DNA of 64,000 nucleotides from Clostridia bacterium (GTDB taxonomy: Bacteria; Bacillota; Clostridia; Oscillospirales; CAG-272), in assembly GCA_017536635.1 (NCBI GenBank), contig JAFXHA010000070.1, forward strand, positions 5,826 through 69,825. Reading direction: 5' to 3'. Shown here piece after piece: positions 45,308-55,612 of the stretch. A program made the position numbers and the translations under genes. Within the stretch, counting starts at the first letter, position 1. Every line of letters starts with the position of its first letter. The notes under the pieces were generated by a model. The model saw nothing but the letters and a program-made list of their open reading frames with translations, was not told where the DNA came from and did not search any database.

Positions 45308-46147
45308 ATGAGTAAATTGTTGATTTCCGCCTTTGCCGACGAATACGCCAACTTATTTGAGGAGCAGCTGCAGGCTCTCAGAGGCTTTGGTATAGGGCAT
45401 ATTGAGCTGCGCCACCTCGATGGAAAGAACATTTCACTCCTCGGAGAGAAAGAGGTTAAGAATGCAAAAGCTATGCTTGATGCCTTTGGTATTAAGGCTT
45501 CGGCTATCGGCTCTCCACTCGGAAAGATAAAGCTTGACGGTGATATTAACGCCCATATGGAGACGGCGCGCCGAGTTTTTGAATCGGCAAATATTCTGGA
45601 TGTCAAACTTATTCGTATATTCAGCTTTTACGCGCCCGACGGAAAAGAGATTTCCGATATGAAAGGCGAGGTGCTCGATTCTCTTGAAAAGCTTGTCGTG
45701 CTTGCAAGAAAATATGGGGTCACACTGTGTCATGAAAACGAGGCTAAGATATACGGGGATACTCCACATCGTTGCAAAGAGCTTCTGGAATATTTCGAGG
45801 GAGAGCTTAAATGCGTATTCGATATGGGAAATTTCGTTTTAGAGGGAGTAGACCCATATGCTGCATATGAGTTGCTAAAAGATGATATTGCCTATTTTCA
45901 TATCAAGGACGCGCTCTTTGAGGGAGCTATCGTGCCTGCGGGCAAGGGGGATGCAAAGATACAGGAGATACTCTTGGCGCACAGAGAATATGCAAGCGAA
46001 GACTTCTTCGTGTCGCTTGAACCGCATTTGCAGACCTTTTCGGGACTTAATGCTCTCGTAGGGCGTTCCTATGCAAATCCGTATCAATATGTGGATCAAA
46101 AAGCCGCATTTACCGATGCAGTAACTAAATTTAAGGAGTTGATATGA
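45308..46147 (+). CDS. Sugar phosphate isomerase/epimerase (xylose isomerase-like TIM barrel)
   Basis: 279 aa, same family as 23818..24672 and 24691..25545 (ISAFADEYA...LCHENE...FHIKD...LEPH). Confidence 0.8.
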   Translation: MSKLLISAFADEYANLFEEQLQALRGFGIGHIELRHLDGKNISLLGEKEVKNAKAMLDAFGIKASAIGSPLGKIKLDGDINAHMETARRVFESANILDVKLIRIFSFYAPDGKEISDMKGEVLDSLEKLVVLARKYGVTLCHENEAKIYGDTPHRCKELLEYFEGELKCVFDMGNFVLEGVDPYAAYELLKDDIAYFHIKDALFEGAIVPAGKGDAKIQEILLAHREYASEDFFVSLEPHLQTFSGLNALVGRSYANPYQYVDQKAAFTDAVTKFKELI

Positions 46148-46906
46148 ATGAAGATCTTTACAAAAGATTTTTTGAAAATAAATGTTTATAAAACGAGAAA
46201 GGAAATGGGAGAGGCTGCCGCCAAGGATATCAAATCGTGTATTCTTTCGCTTCTACAAAAAAAGGAAACGATCAATATGATCTTTGCCGCCGCACCGTCG
46301 CAAAACGAGGTGCTGTCAGCTCTTGCAACGGATACGGATATCCCGTGGCATAGAGTTAATGCGTTTCATATGGATGAATATATCGGGCTTCCTGCCGATG
46401 CACCGCAGGGGTTTGGAAACTTTTTAAAGGCTCACATCTTCGGAATTGTCGATTTCAAGAGCGTAAACTATATCGATATTTCCGCAGCCGATGCCGAGAT
46501 CGAATGTGCGCATTACACTGAGCTTTTGAAACGATATCCCACAGATATCGTCGTTATGGGGATAGGAGAGAACGGACATATCGCCTTTAACGATCCGCCC
46601 GTGGCGGATTTCAACGATCCCAAAGCTGTCAAACCGGTAGCGCTTGATGATATCTGCCGTAATCAGCAGGTGAACGACGGTTGCTTCGCTAAGCTCGATG
46701 ACGTACCGAAAACGGCTATCACCTTGACCGTCCCCACGCTTTTCGCGGGAGAATATTTATTCTGTATCGTTCCCGCAAAAACCAAAGCAAACGCGGTTCG
46801 AGCCACGCTTTGCAATGATATCAACGAAAAATGTCCCGCCACTATTTTGCGCCGTCATAAAAATGCCGTTCTTTATCTTGACGGAGACAGCAGCAGTCTT
46901 TTGTAA
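46148..46906 (+). CDS. nagB: Glucosamine-6-phosphate deaminase family protein
   Basis: 252 aa with FHMDEY and GIGENGHIAFNDP motifs. Confidence 0.75.
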   Translation: MKIFTKDFLKINVYKTRKEMGEAAAKDIKSCILSLLQKKETINMIFAAAPSQNEVLSALATDTDIPWHRVNAFHMDEYIGLPADAPQGFGNFLKAHIFGIVDFKSVNYIDISAADAEIECAHYTELLKRYPTDIVVMGIGENGHIAFNDPPVADFNDPKAVKPVALDDICRNQQVNDGCFAKLDDVPKTAITLTVPTLFAGEYLFCIVPAKTKANAVRATLCNDINEKCPATILRRHKNAVLYLDGDSSSLL

Positions 46907-46914
46907 TTTGCACT

Positions 46915-48060
46915 ATGAACAGAATAAAATCCAATAAAATCATACTCGAAGAAGGTCTCTTTGACGGCTACGTTTATTTTGACAACGGAAAAATTACGGA
47001 TGTAACAGCAAACGAATTTCCCGTTTCCGAGGAATACGATATGACAGACTATTACGTCAGTGCAGGCTTTATAGATATCCATACTCACGGCGGCGCCGGC
47101 AACAGATTCGAAGGAAGCGTAGATGAGATAGTAGACGGCTGCAATTTTCATCTGATGCACGGAACGACAACGATATGTCCTACCATATCTGCAGCATCCT
47201 TTGAAAGCATGGCGGATTCGGTGTCCAATATCGAACGTGCTATGAGCGATCCTCGTGTGAAGGGAACTATAATAGGCGCACATATGGAAGGGCCGTATCT
47301 TTCCGAAAGGCAAGCGGGAGCGCAGTGTCCTGAATATATAACTTCGCCTATCGAAAAAGACTACTTGCCGTTTATAGAGAAAAATTCGTCTGCCATCGCG
47401 AGATGGACGTACGCGCCGGAAAACGACATCGGAGATGAATTTGCGAAAGTACTGAAAAAATATGGTATCGTGGCTTCCGCAGGACATACCGACGCGATAT
47501 ATTCGGATATGCTTCATGCTTTTGAAAATGGTTGCCAACTCGTAACGCACCTGTATTCATGTACGTCTACGATCACGCGCGATCACGGATTTCGCCGGCT
47601 TGGCGTAATAGAAACAGCATATCTTCTTGACGATATGTACGTAGAGATAATATGCGATGGAAAGCACCTGCCGCCCGAGCTGATAAAGCTCATATATAAG
47701 ATCAAGGGCGCAGATAAAATAGCCCTTATAACCGACAGCCTTGCCCTTGCGGGAACTGATCAGATACACGGATTTATGCAGGCTACCGAATTTATTATCG
47801 AGGACGGTGTTTGCAAGCTTATGGATAGAAGCGCATTTGCAGGCAGTATAGCTACAGCGGATACATTGGTTCGCGTTGCCGTAAAGGAAGCAGATATACC
47901 GCTTTTAGATGCGGTCAGAATGATCACAGCGACTCCCGCGAAGATCATGAGGCTTTCGAAAAAAGGGAAAATAGCGCGCGATATGGACGCTGATTTCGCT
48001 GTTTTTGATGAAAATATATCAATACAAGCGGTTTTTGCCCGTGGAAAATTGATTAAATAA
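46915..48060 (+). CDS. nagA: N-acetylglucosamine-6-phosphate deacetylase
   Basis: 381 aa with GFIDIHTHGGAG, GAHMEGP, AGHTDA and THLY motifs. Confidence 0.8.
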   Translation: MNRIKSNKIILEEGLFDGYVYFDNGKITDVTANEFPVSEEYDMTDYYVSAGFIDIHTHGGAGNRFEGSVDEIVDGCNFHLMHGTTTICPTISAASFESMADSVSNIERAMSDPRVKGTIIGAHMEGPYLSERQAGAQCPEYITSPIEKDYLPFIEKNSSAIARWTYAPENDIGDEFAKVLKKYGIVASAGHTDAIYSDMLHAFENGCQLVTHLYSCTSTITRDHGFRRLGVIETAYLLDDMYVEIICDGKHLPPELIKLIYKIKGADKIALITDSLALAGTDQIHGFMQATEFIIEDGVCKLMDRSAFAGSIATADTLVRVAVKEADIPLLDAVRMITATPAKIMRLSKKGKIARDMDADFAVFDENISIQAVFARGKLIK

Positions 48061-48131
48061 AAGATATTTAAAGTGGCAGACACGTAACATAAGCTAATGA
48101 ATAGCGATTGCGTGTCTGCCAAGACTTTTTT

Positions 48132-48274
48132 GGTTCAGCGTCTATAACCTCGGTCAAAAAAGAAATAGACAGCAAAAGCTGTCTATCTCTTTTTGGTGCG
48201 GGTAACAGTACTTGAACCTGCACGAAGGGCAGCCTCACCGGAATCTGATGGTAACGTATCCTCGGTGAAAGGTT
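48132..48274 (-). repeat. Composite repeat: T2 fragment + terminator + tRNA-Leu 3'-half copy 2
   Basis: 48132-48160 matches the 5' 30 nt (minus-strand sense) of the T2 element. 48165-48193 is the terminator atagacagc-aaaa-gctgtctat plus T-run. 48194-48274 reads, on the minus strand, cctttcaccgagg...accatcagattccggtgaggctgcccttcgtgcaggttcaagtactgttacccgcacca. Confidence 0.7.
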
Positions 48275-48290
48275 AAAATAAAATCTAATG

Positions 48291-49589
48291 CTACTTTAGT
48301 GCATACATAGCTGCGCCAACTGCGCCGCTGTGCGGACCGAACGTTACGTTTACAGGTACTCCAAATGTCTCTGAAAGCACCTCTCTCCAAACAGGGCTTA
48401 CGGATGGACCTCCGCACATTGTAATACGTTCTATCTTGACCATATCGCCCATACGTGTTTTCAACGCATTTGCAACACCTTCCATAAGTGCGCGTGCAAT
48501 ATTTTGCTTACTGTATGCGGCAAGATCTGGAACTTCCTCCATAGGATTGAAAGAAAGTCCGTCTGCCCCCGAAGGAGCTGCTGCGGAAAGCTCGTCCAAA
48601 AGTACGAATTTGTTATCATCCGCGCTGATATATTTATCCACGATCTCCTTGATACGCTCGCTTGCTCGCGAAAGTGAGCACATAGCGCCCCAAGGTCCCT
48701 CGGGTGTCAGAAAAGGATCGGTTAAAAGTAAATGAGAAACTATCTTATTTCTATCGTTCATAGGGAAGAAGCACACCCAAGACGTACCGCACGAGATCAA
48801 TAGATCCCCCTCTTTTTCAATGTTACAAGCACGTGCGGCTGTGGGATGGTCAAAGGAACCGACATACACGCAAGAGCCTGCGGGAAGACCTGTGTCGGCA
48901 GCCCCATCATCTGTCATTTTGCCAAGCAGATCGCCGCTTTCGAGCAATTTGGGAAGCTTATGCTCTGGAATACCGAGTTTCTCAAGAGCTTCCGTATTCC
49001 ATACACGCTTTTTCTGGTCAAACAATCTGGACGGGGTAGCCGTGGAAACGTCAACGCCCCAAACTCCCGTCATACGATGCAATACGTATTCGGTAGCCAT
49101 ACACACAACGTCTGCACTGTCAAGTATTTCAGGAGCGTGAACTCTCAAATGCGCCAGCTGTGCTGCGGGGAACGAAAGAGAAAATCCCCATCCTGCATAT
49201 TCTCTGACATTCGAAATGAACTCTTCGCCGAACACTGCGTATGCTTCCTCGCTCATAGGGGGAGTGAGCCACGAATAAGCATCTATCAAAGCATTTCCTT
49301 CTTTGTCGCAGAGAACACCGTTACCCGATGCGCTCGCCATAGCTATGCCTCCGAAATCCGCGTCCTTCGGCAGCTTCTTTGCAAGATTCTTCAAGACCGA
49401 GCAAATCGTGCGATAGAAATTTTCCATATTTATGCCCAAATACTCACTGCCATCGGGCAATTTAGCGGGGGCATACGTAAAGTCGGCTGAATCCTTGGCA
49501 ATAACGCCCGTTTCCATTGAAAACAGAACAGCTTTTACCGAGGACGTACCGAGGTCAAGACCAATAGCAAATTTTCCCATAGCGCTCAT
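48291..49589 (-). CDS. FGGY-family carbohydrate kinase (short form)
   Basis: 432 aa with the N-terminal ATPase motif FAIGLDLGTSSVKAVLF and a C-terminal GGPSVSP motif. Confidence 0.75.
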   Translation of the reverse strand: MSAMGKFAIGLDLGTSSVKAVLFSMETGVIAKDSADFTYAPAKLPDGSEYLGINMENFYRTICSVLKNLAKKLPKDADFGGIAMASASGNGVLCDKEGNALIDAYSWLTPPMSEEAYAVFGEEFISNVREYAGWGFSLSFPAAQLAHLRVHAPEILDSADVVCMATEYVLHRMTGVWGVDVSTATPSRLFDQKKRVWNTEALEKLGIPEHKLPKLLESGDLLGKMTDDGAADTGLPAGSCVYVGSFDHPTAARACNIEKEGDLLISCGTSWVCFFPMNDRNKIVSHLLLTDPFLTPEGPWGAMCSLSRASERIKEIVDKYISADDNKFVLLDELSAAAPSGADGLSFNPMEEVPDLAAYSKQNIARALMEGVANALKTRMGDMVKIERITMCGGPSVSPVWREVLSETFGVPVNVTFGPHSGAVGAAMYALK

Positions 49590-50971
49590 ATTAAGGTAAC
49601 CTTCATATCGAGCGTTTTTGCAAACAACGCAAGTGATTTTGCGCTGACGCCGTATACAAGCGCACTGTGATGAGTGCCGCCGAGCTGGCTATACTTTTCA
49701 AGAAACTCTGCAAGATCGCTCTTAGGCTTAAACCAACCGTTCATATTTGTGGGAAGATTCTTGATTGTATCGGGAAGCTGAAGCATCTCTCCCTCCGCGA
49801 TAATTACGTCAAACCAGCCATCAGCATTGGGAAGAAGATTGAATACGCAAACGTCTCCGGCGACCATATGACCAAGGATACAGGTGGGATCAAGTCCTTC
49901 TACGTACGGGAACGGCTTAATAACGGTTTTTTTGTTTTCAAGAAGCTTCAGATTGCTCTCGCCCATATGACTCATATAAATTGAATTTCCATTCCAATCG
50001 GGGCAGAACATTTCTGTAAAATTGACCTTGTCGAAGGTCTTTGAAAGCGCCCCTACAAGAGCTGCAGTGAGAACGTCGCCCTCACCTGCATATCCGATGC
50101 CGCGCGCCATAGCCTTTGAGCTTTCAGAGAAGGGCATCGTATCAAATCCGCCAACCTTTCCTGCAGAAAGGAATGTCATCGTGAACGCACCGAGACCGTT
50201 CTTGTCTATCCACTTACGAATGGCAAGACCTATGCGCTCCGTATAGGCATACTGATCATACGTAACGGCATCAGCACCGTGCTCTGCACAGTCCTTTTCG
50301 TACTCGGTGCGGATCTCTTCATCGGTAACGCTGTCGCGTAAAGCGGCAAGCTCGTCGCCGTCGCATACTACGGTTTTTACGCCAAGACGCTCCATAGCCT
50401 TTTCATCGGGAATAAAATCGCCCATTCCCGCAAAAGAACCGCCTATCTGACCTACTTTCATACCCTCAAAACTCTTTGCAGCTTTTATTGCTTTAGCCGC
50501 ATCTGCTACTCGGGTCACAACGTCGCTTTCGATAAAATGTCCTGCGAAAACAGTATAATCTTTACCGCGGCGGCGCAAAAGATTACACATATCCTGAACG
50601 CCGTGTATACCGTGATTGAAACCAACGCCTCCTTCTATTATGTCAAATCCGAAATTGAATTCCCGGGTCGTATCCATAATAAGAATAGGAAGCTCGGTTG
50701 CCGCCAGAGCATCGATGCACTCCAGCGACGGAGAATAAGCCAAATGCACCGTAACTATAGCGTCTACGCCTTCTTTTTCAAATTTCTCGATTGCGGTCTT
50801 AAATTCAGGTGCTAAGCGGCAGATATCCGCCTTTACTATATCAAGTCCGTTTTTTTCAAGCAAGGCACACAGATCTGCACTATAAGCCTCGATAACAGGA
50901 CGTCGAGCGGGAATACTGTCGTCATAAAGCTTTAAATATAAAGGGAGAAACCCAATTTTTACTTTTTCCAT
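49586..50971 (-). CDS. L-arabinose isomerase family protein
   Basis: 461 aa. GIGYAGEGDVLTAAL and GGTHHSALV match the AraA blocks GFAGEGDWKTAAL and GGAHHTV as I recall them. Confidence 0.65.
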   Translation of the reverse strand: MEKVKIGFLPLYLKLYDDSIPARRPVIEAYSADLCALLEKNGLDIVKADICRLAPEFKTAIEKFEKEGVDAIVTVHLAYSPSLECIDALAATELPILIMDTTREFNFGFDIIEGGVGFNHGIHGVQDMCNLLRRRGKDYTVFAGHFIESDVVTRVADAAKAIKAAKSFEGMKVGQIGGSFAGMGDFIPDEKAMERLGVKTVVCDGDELAALRDSVTDEEIRTEYEKDCAEHGADAVTYDQYAYTERIGLAIRKWIDKNGLGAFTMTFLSAGKVGGFDTMPFSESSKAMARGIGYAGEGDVLTAALVGALSKTFDKVNFTEMFCPDWNGNSIYMSHMGESNLKLLENKKTVIKPFPYVEGLDPTCILGHMVAGDVCVFNLLPNADGWFDVIIAEGEMLQLPDTIKNLPTNMNGWFKPKSDLAEFLEKYSQLGGTHHSALVYGVSAKSLALFAKTLDMKVTLI

Positions 50972-51041
50972 AATGATCTCTATTCCGCCGCCGAAAAGGC
51001 GGCATAATTATTTATAAAATTCAGAGATGGTGCAAATTAAA

Positions 51042-51536
51042 TTATTCGCCCATAACTGTCAGGCGAAGCTTACGCTGACGCTGTCTTGTGGTGTCAAAAT
51101 CGATAAGAAATGCGTGGCCAAAGGTTCCAAGATCGGGAGCACCGTCAAGAACGGCGATCGTTTCGCTGCGACCGATGAGCTGAGAGCGCAGATGCGCGTC
51201 TGTGTTATGACATCCGCGTGCATCCTCGTCGTATTTTTCGGCAAAAGCGAGAGCCTTAGGACCGGGATGCAAATAAATTCCTTCGCGTACGCAATCGGGC
51301 ATTATTTTCTGAAGCGCTTCGACGAAATCCTGCTGAAGCGTTTCAAGCCCCGTTACACAACGGTCAAACGCAAGCTCCTGAGTACATATCGAGCAGGTGG
51401 TGTGAGGGGTATAAACGTTTACGATACCCGTTTTAATACCACTTTCGGCAACCGCCTTTTTAACCTCATCTGTAACGTCATGGAACGTAACCTTGCGGTC
51501 ATCAGACAAAAGCTGAACTGTTTTTGCATATACCAT
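51042..51536 (-). CDS. YjbQ/UPF0047 family protein
   Basis: 164 aa with VYTPHTTCSI and NTDAHLRSQLIGRS motifs. Confidence 0.75.
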   Translation of the reverse strand: MVYAKTVQLLSDDRKVTFHDVTDEVKKAVAESGIKTGIVNVYTPHTTCSICTQELAFDRCVTGLETLQQDFVEALQKIMPDCVREGIYLHPGPKALAFAEKYDEDARGCHNTDAHLRSQLIGRSETIAVLDGAPDLGTFGHAFLIDFDTTRQRQRKLRLTVMGE

Positions 51537-51538
51537 TT

Positions 51539-52243
51539 TTACTTACCTTCTTTCTTTAAATCGTCAGCGGCACGGCGTACGGCGCCTATCATCTCATCTA
51601 TCATAGCGATCGGGTCCTTAGCGTTGATAATGCCCGATGCTGCGCCTGCAGCGTCAGAGCCCGCCATAATAAAATCGTATACCTGCTGACCGTTGGTAAT
51701 ACCCGCTGCTTGCTCAACGAGTATGTCGTCATAAACGCTCTTGATAGCCTCAACCGATTCTCTGACGTATCCCATGTCGCTCGCCTCAGAGCCGCCTATA
51801 AGCGCACTGGGTTCGGGATTGAGTATGTCCGGATGAAGCTGTGCGATCGCCTTTGCCTCGGCAATGGTATCAGCGCACGCAAATACGAGAAAGTCGAGCT
51901 CTCTTGCGCGATCGATGGTCTTTTTGATCTGGGGAACAGACATAGGCTTTTCGCAGTGATTGACAACGACGCCCTTAGCGCCTGCCGCCTTGAGTCCTTC
52001 GGGCAAAACGTCCGCCATACCGCGTCCGGGACGCAGAGTATCCATATAAGGTGCCAGCACTATAAGGTGCTTTGTATTCTCGCAAATACGGCGTATCTCA
52101 ACGGCGGGAGCAATAAATAATACGTCAATATCGTATTTTTCGGCAGCCTTGTCCGCAGCAATAGCGTACTCAAGCACGGTGTCTCCATAAATGTAATTCT
52201 TTACTCCTACCTCAAAGTAGGGTGTTCTGATTTTCGGTTTCAT
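51539..52243 (-). CDS. Triose-phosphate isomerase family protein (divergent paralog)
   Basis: 234 aa. K (GVKNY), H (VVNHCEKP) and E (NPEPSALIGG) sit at TIM-like positions. It is not the housekeeping type (no NWKMN). Confidence 0.6.
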   Translation of the reverse strand: MKPKIRTPYFEVGVKNYIYGDTVLEYAIAADKAAEKYDIDVLFIAPAVEIRRICENTKHLIVLAPYMDTLRPGRGMADVLPEGLKAAGAKGVVVNHCEKPMSVPQIKKTIDRARELDFLVFACADTIAEAKAIAQLHPDILNPEPSALIGGSEASDMGYVRESVEAIKSVYDDILVEQAAGITNGQQVYDFIMAGSDAAGAASGIINAKDPIAMIDEMIGAVRRAADDLKKEGK

Positions 52244-52270
52244 CTTTTTCTCCTTAATTACTATGTGGCA

Positions 52271-53305
52271 TTATTTTACACTGTCGCACAGTTTTTTTGC
52301 GTTGGTGTACATGATCTTTTCAATTTCTGTGTCGGTGAGTTTAAGTTCTGCAGCACTGCGCTTGAAAGCAAGCAGCTGCTCGTAAACCATAATAGAAATT
52401 TGGTCGTTTTCTTCCTCACGCATATGAGCCTGACCTGTTACGTCCCCGTAATAACCCTTGGGAACTACGTTGAAGTAGTTGCCGTTCTCAACGATACGGT
52501 ACATGCGCATTATCGAGATAGGCAGGTCGGTTCCGTACATAAAACGATCCACACCAACCGTCTTTATTCCCTCTGTTATAGCGGGGGTGAACAGATTTGC
52601 CGTGAAATCAAACATCATATTTTTGGTGTTTTTCAATATTTCAAAAGCATTTCCAAAGTCAGCCTCGCTATAAGCGCGTCCAACGTGAGCTACTATCAGC
52701 TTGACATTGGGATACTTTTCTTCAATTTCCATAATCTGAGCGATATTTACGGGGTCGCCGAGACGCTTGTTGCGCGGAATATGGAGCATAACTATCCAAC
52801 CGTTTTTGTTAGCCACCTCTAAATGTGACGGGGGCAAGAAGTCATAAATACGCACCTCATTGGAAGGAATATAAGGTGGACAGTTTGCCAAATAAGGCTT
52901 AAGTCCGATAAATCCACCAGCCTTTACGCGCTCTTCCATAGCATCGGCATCCTCTGAATAGTCGGTACGGTATAACATAGGAAATCCATATTCCTTGTTG
53001 GAATCAATAATGAATTGATTGTTCTCAAACGTGTCTTTGCGAGCCACACCGAACATCAGCGCCTCAAGCTTTCTTCCGGGAAACATAGCATTGTTTATCT
53101 CTAAGAATTTGGCAATGCTCATATCCCTAGTAATATAATTCGTCCATGTAGAGCCGCCGTTATATGAACCGTAATTTTTGAGTTCATCACTGGATATGTG
53201 AACATGCACATCAAATATTTTATCCGGCAGAAAATCCTTGAGCTCACGCTCATAAAGTGCGCGGTCGCACTCTCTGTATTCGAACCCTTTTATTATTTCG
53301 GACAT
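52271..53305 (-). CDS. Amidohydrolase family protein (amidohydrolase-2-like)
   Basis: 344 aa with DVHVHI near the N-terminus, VAHVGR and GTDLP motifs. Confidence 0.65.
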   Translation of the reverse strand: MSEIIKGFEYRECDRALYERELKDFLPDKIFDVHVHISSDELKNYGSYNGGSTWTNYITRDMSIAKFLEINNAMFPGRKLEALMFGVARKDTFENNQFIIDSNKEYGFPMLYRTDYSEDADAMEERVKAGGFIGLKPYLANCPPYIPSNEVRIYDFLPPSHLEVANKNGWIVMLHIPRNKRLGDPVNIAQIMEIEEKYPNVKLIVAHVGRAYSEADFGNAFEILKNTKNMMFDFTANLFTPAITEGIKTVGVDRFMYGTDLPISIMRMYRIVENGNYFNVVPKGYYGDVTGQAHMREEENDQISIMVYEQLLAFKRSAAELKLTDTEIEKIMYTNAKKLCDSVK

Positions 53306-53376
53306 TTTTCTTTACACTCCTTTTCATAATTATATATGTTATAGGTATGCATTCAAACGCCAACAAACCTATAAAT

Positions 53377-54051
53377 TTAAAAATCTTTAATGGTCTTATC
53401 TCCGTAAACGCTCTTCCAATCCTTCTCGAAGCCCGCAACAGCCGCATCGGTCATAGGATGGCTGATAAGCATTTTGAGAATATCAGCGGTAACGGTTACG
53501 CTGTGGCAAGCAACGGACGCACACTTGTGTACCTGCTCGGCATTCTTGAAGCTTGCCGCAAGAACTTTACAGTCCGAGCCGTAATTTTCAAGTTGGCTGA
53601 CGATCTCAGCAACGACCTCACAGCCGTCACCTATGATATTGTCGAGTCTGTTAACGTAAGGGGCGACAAAATCTGCGCCTGCCATTGCGGCCATAAGTGC
53701 TTGGGTGGGTGTGAAAATGGCAGTCATAGTTACGCCGATACCAATCTTTTTCAGCATCATAGTAGCTTTGAGCCCCTCTTCGCCGATCGGGATCTTTACA
53801 AAGAAAGAACCGCCGAGTCTTTCCTGAAGAAGCTTTGCCTCCTCCACTATATCTTCAGCCTTTTCCTTGGTGGTCTGAACGTGGAGCATCTTGTCAGGTC
53901 CTATAATGTTTCTGATCTCCTCAACGAGAGGCCAGAAATCTGTGTTTGCCTTGGCAATAATTGAAGGATTGGTGGTAACACCTGCCAAGGGATAAAATTC
54001 GTTGCAATGCTTTATTGCCGCAAGATCTGCGGTGTCAAGAATATAAATCAT
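53377..54051 (-). CDS. Fructose-6-phosphate aldolase / short transaldolase (TalC/Fsa type)
   Basis: 224 aa, MIYILDTADLAAIK...GVTTNPSII...FVKIP. Confidence 0.8.
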   Translation of the reverse strand: MIYILDTADLAAIKHCNEFYPLAGVTTNPSIIAKANTDFWPLVEEIRNIIGPDKMLHVQTTKEKAEDIVEEAKLLQERLGGSFFVKIPIGEEGLKATMMLKKIGIGVTMTAIFTPTQALMAAMAGADFVAPYVNRLDNIIGDGCEVVAEIVSQLENYGSDCKVLAASFKNAEQVHKCASVACHSVTVTADILKMLISHPMTDAAVAGFEKDWKSVYGDKTIKDF

Positions 54052-54116
54052 ATCAGTAACTTCCTTTATCTGTTTTTTACAATCTCAAAAAAGTAATTTC
54101 AAGGATATCTCGCAAA

Positions 54117-54737
54117 TTAGCGCTGCTGCTGAAGATCGAAGTGGATATCGTACGCCTTTTCCTCTTCAGTAAACTTACGTCTGGTGTCGATTACCTGACC
54201 GTCATTCCACTTTCTGTCGTTAACGTCCTCGGTAGTACCCATAATAGTAACGTTTACCTGACGGTGACGGGCAATAACGTGGTCCCAGTCAATAAAATAG
54301 ATGTGAGCAAAAAGACCGAGGTCGAGCTTGCCGTCTTTGATGGTGAGGGTCTCACTTCTGCCGAAGAAAACAGAACGAAGGTGAGCGTCGGTATTCATCG
54401 AAGAGTAGTCTCCGGGCTCGTTTACGTATCTACCGTACTGAGAGTGGATAGGACCGGGATGACGGTACTGATGCTCCTCTGCAAAATCGGGAATCATCTT
54501 TCTCATAATGTCAAGCAGGTCGTGCTGAAGATACTCAAGGTCAAAAGAGTCTATATCGTGCGAGCATTCCTGAACCATTACAGAGCAAGTGGTGTGGTGA
54601 GAAACGATAGAAACGGTACCGTTCTTGATGCCGGAGTCCTCTACCATTTCAAGTATCTCTTTTCTGATGTCGTGGAAGGTAGGGATCCAACCTCTGGACT
54701 GAAGCTCGAGTTCTTTCTGATAAATTTTGAATTCCAT
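54117..54737 (-). CDS. YjbQ/UPF0047 family protein (second copy, C-terminally extended)
   Basis: 206 aa with SHHTTCSV and NTDAHLRSVFFGRS motifs. Confidence 0.75.
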   Translation of the reverse strand: MEFKIYQKELELQSRGWIPTFHDIRKEILEMVEDSGIKNGTVSIVSHHTTCSVMVQECSHDIDSFDLEYLQHDLLDIMRKMIPDFAEEHQYRHPGPIHSQYGRYVNEPGDYSSMNTDAHLRSVFFGRSETLTIKDGKLDLGLFAHIYFIDWDHVIARHRQVNVTIMGTTEDVNDRKWNDGQVIDTRRKFTEEEKAYDIHFDLQQQR

Positions 54738-54780
54738 AATAAAAATCTCCTTTTGTTTTTATAAAAATTTTTTATTGATT

Positions 54781-55374
54781 TTATTTGTTTAATCTCTCAC
54801 CGACCGCTCCGCCGGGATGAATGAGGGCAAACTGCTCGTTTTTGTAGTCTGTTTCCTCGATAAGCGCGGTTTGAAGCGCGTGGAATATCATACACAGCGC
54901 AGTGGACGAAGTAGTTCCCTGAGAATTGTATTTATCTGTTTCGCGATTTACGTACTGCTTCAGTACCACATCGGCGCCCGTTGCTAAGGGAGACTCAAGA
55001 TTCTCAGTAATGGTGATAACCTTTACGCCTTTTCGCTTACAAATATCGAGAATTGGAAGCAGTTCTTTTGTCTTTCCGCCTCGCGAGGCAAAGACCATAA
55101 CGTCGCCTTCTTGTAAGAATCCCATTCCTCCGTGGACAGCCTCGGCGGGAGAAACGAACTTTGCGGGCTGCTCAATGCAGCACATAAGGTGAGCAAAATG
55201 CTGACAAATAATTCCCGAATGACCGCAACCGCTCGCTCCGATGCGAGGCGCGTTTTTCAAAAGCTCAACAGCCTTGGCAAATGCGTCGTCATCGAGATAA
55301 TCAAGCATCTCCTTGATACACTCGTATTCAATCTCGTATGCCGCTTTAGCGGCAGCCAATGCTTCTTTTTTCAT
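54781..55374 (-). CDS. SIS-domain phosphosugar isomerase
   Basis: Start set at the ATG at 55374 (ggagg upstream). Motifs are GASGCGHSGI and FASRGGKT. Confidence 0.7.
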   Translation of the reverse strand: MKKEALAAAKAAYEIEYECIKEMLDYLDDDAFAKAVELLKNAPRIGASGCGHSGIICQHFAHLMCCIEQPAKFVSPAEAVHGGMGFLQEGDVMVFASRGGKTKELLPILDICKRKGVKVITITENLESPLATGADVVLKQYVNRETDKYNSQGTTSSTALCMIFHALQTALIEETDYKNEQFALIHPGGAVGERLNK

Positions 55375-55612
55375 ATACTCCTCCGCCACCTTAAAAAGAA
55401 GGCTCAATGTCAATTTTTTAAGCTATGATACATTATTGTATCATACAAACTTATACAATCACATTATACAATCACGTTATTTTAATGTCAAGAAAAATTT
55501 TTCTTTAACTTTCGCTTTTTTAAAATGAACAGTAAAACCGAAAGCTGTATTGACAAAAACGAAAGAAAATGGTATATTAAAGTATAATATATGGTATAAG
55601 GAGAAAATTTTT

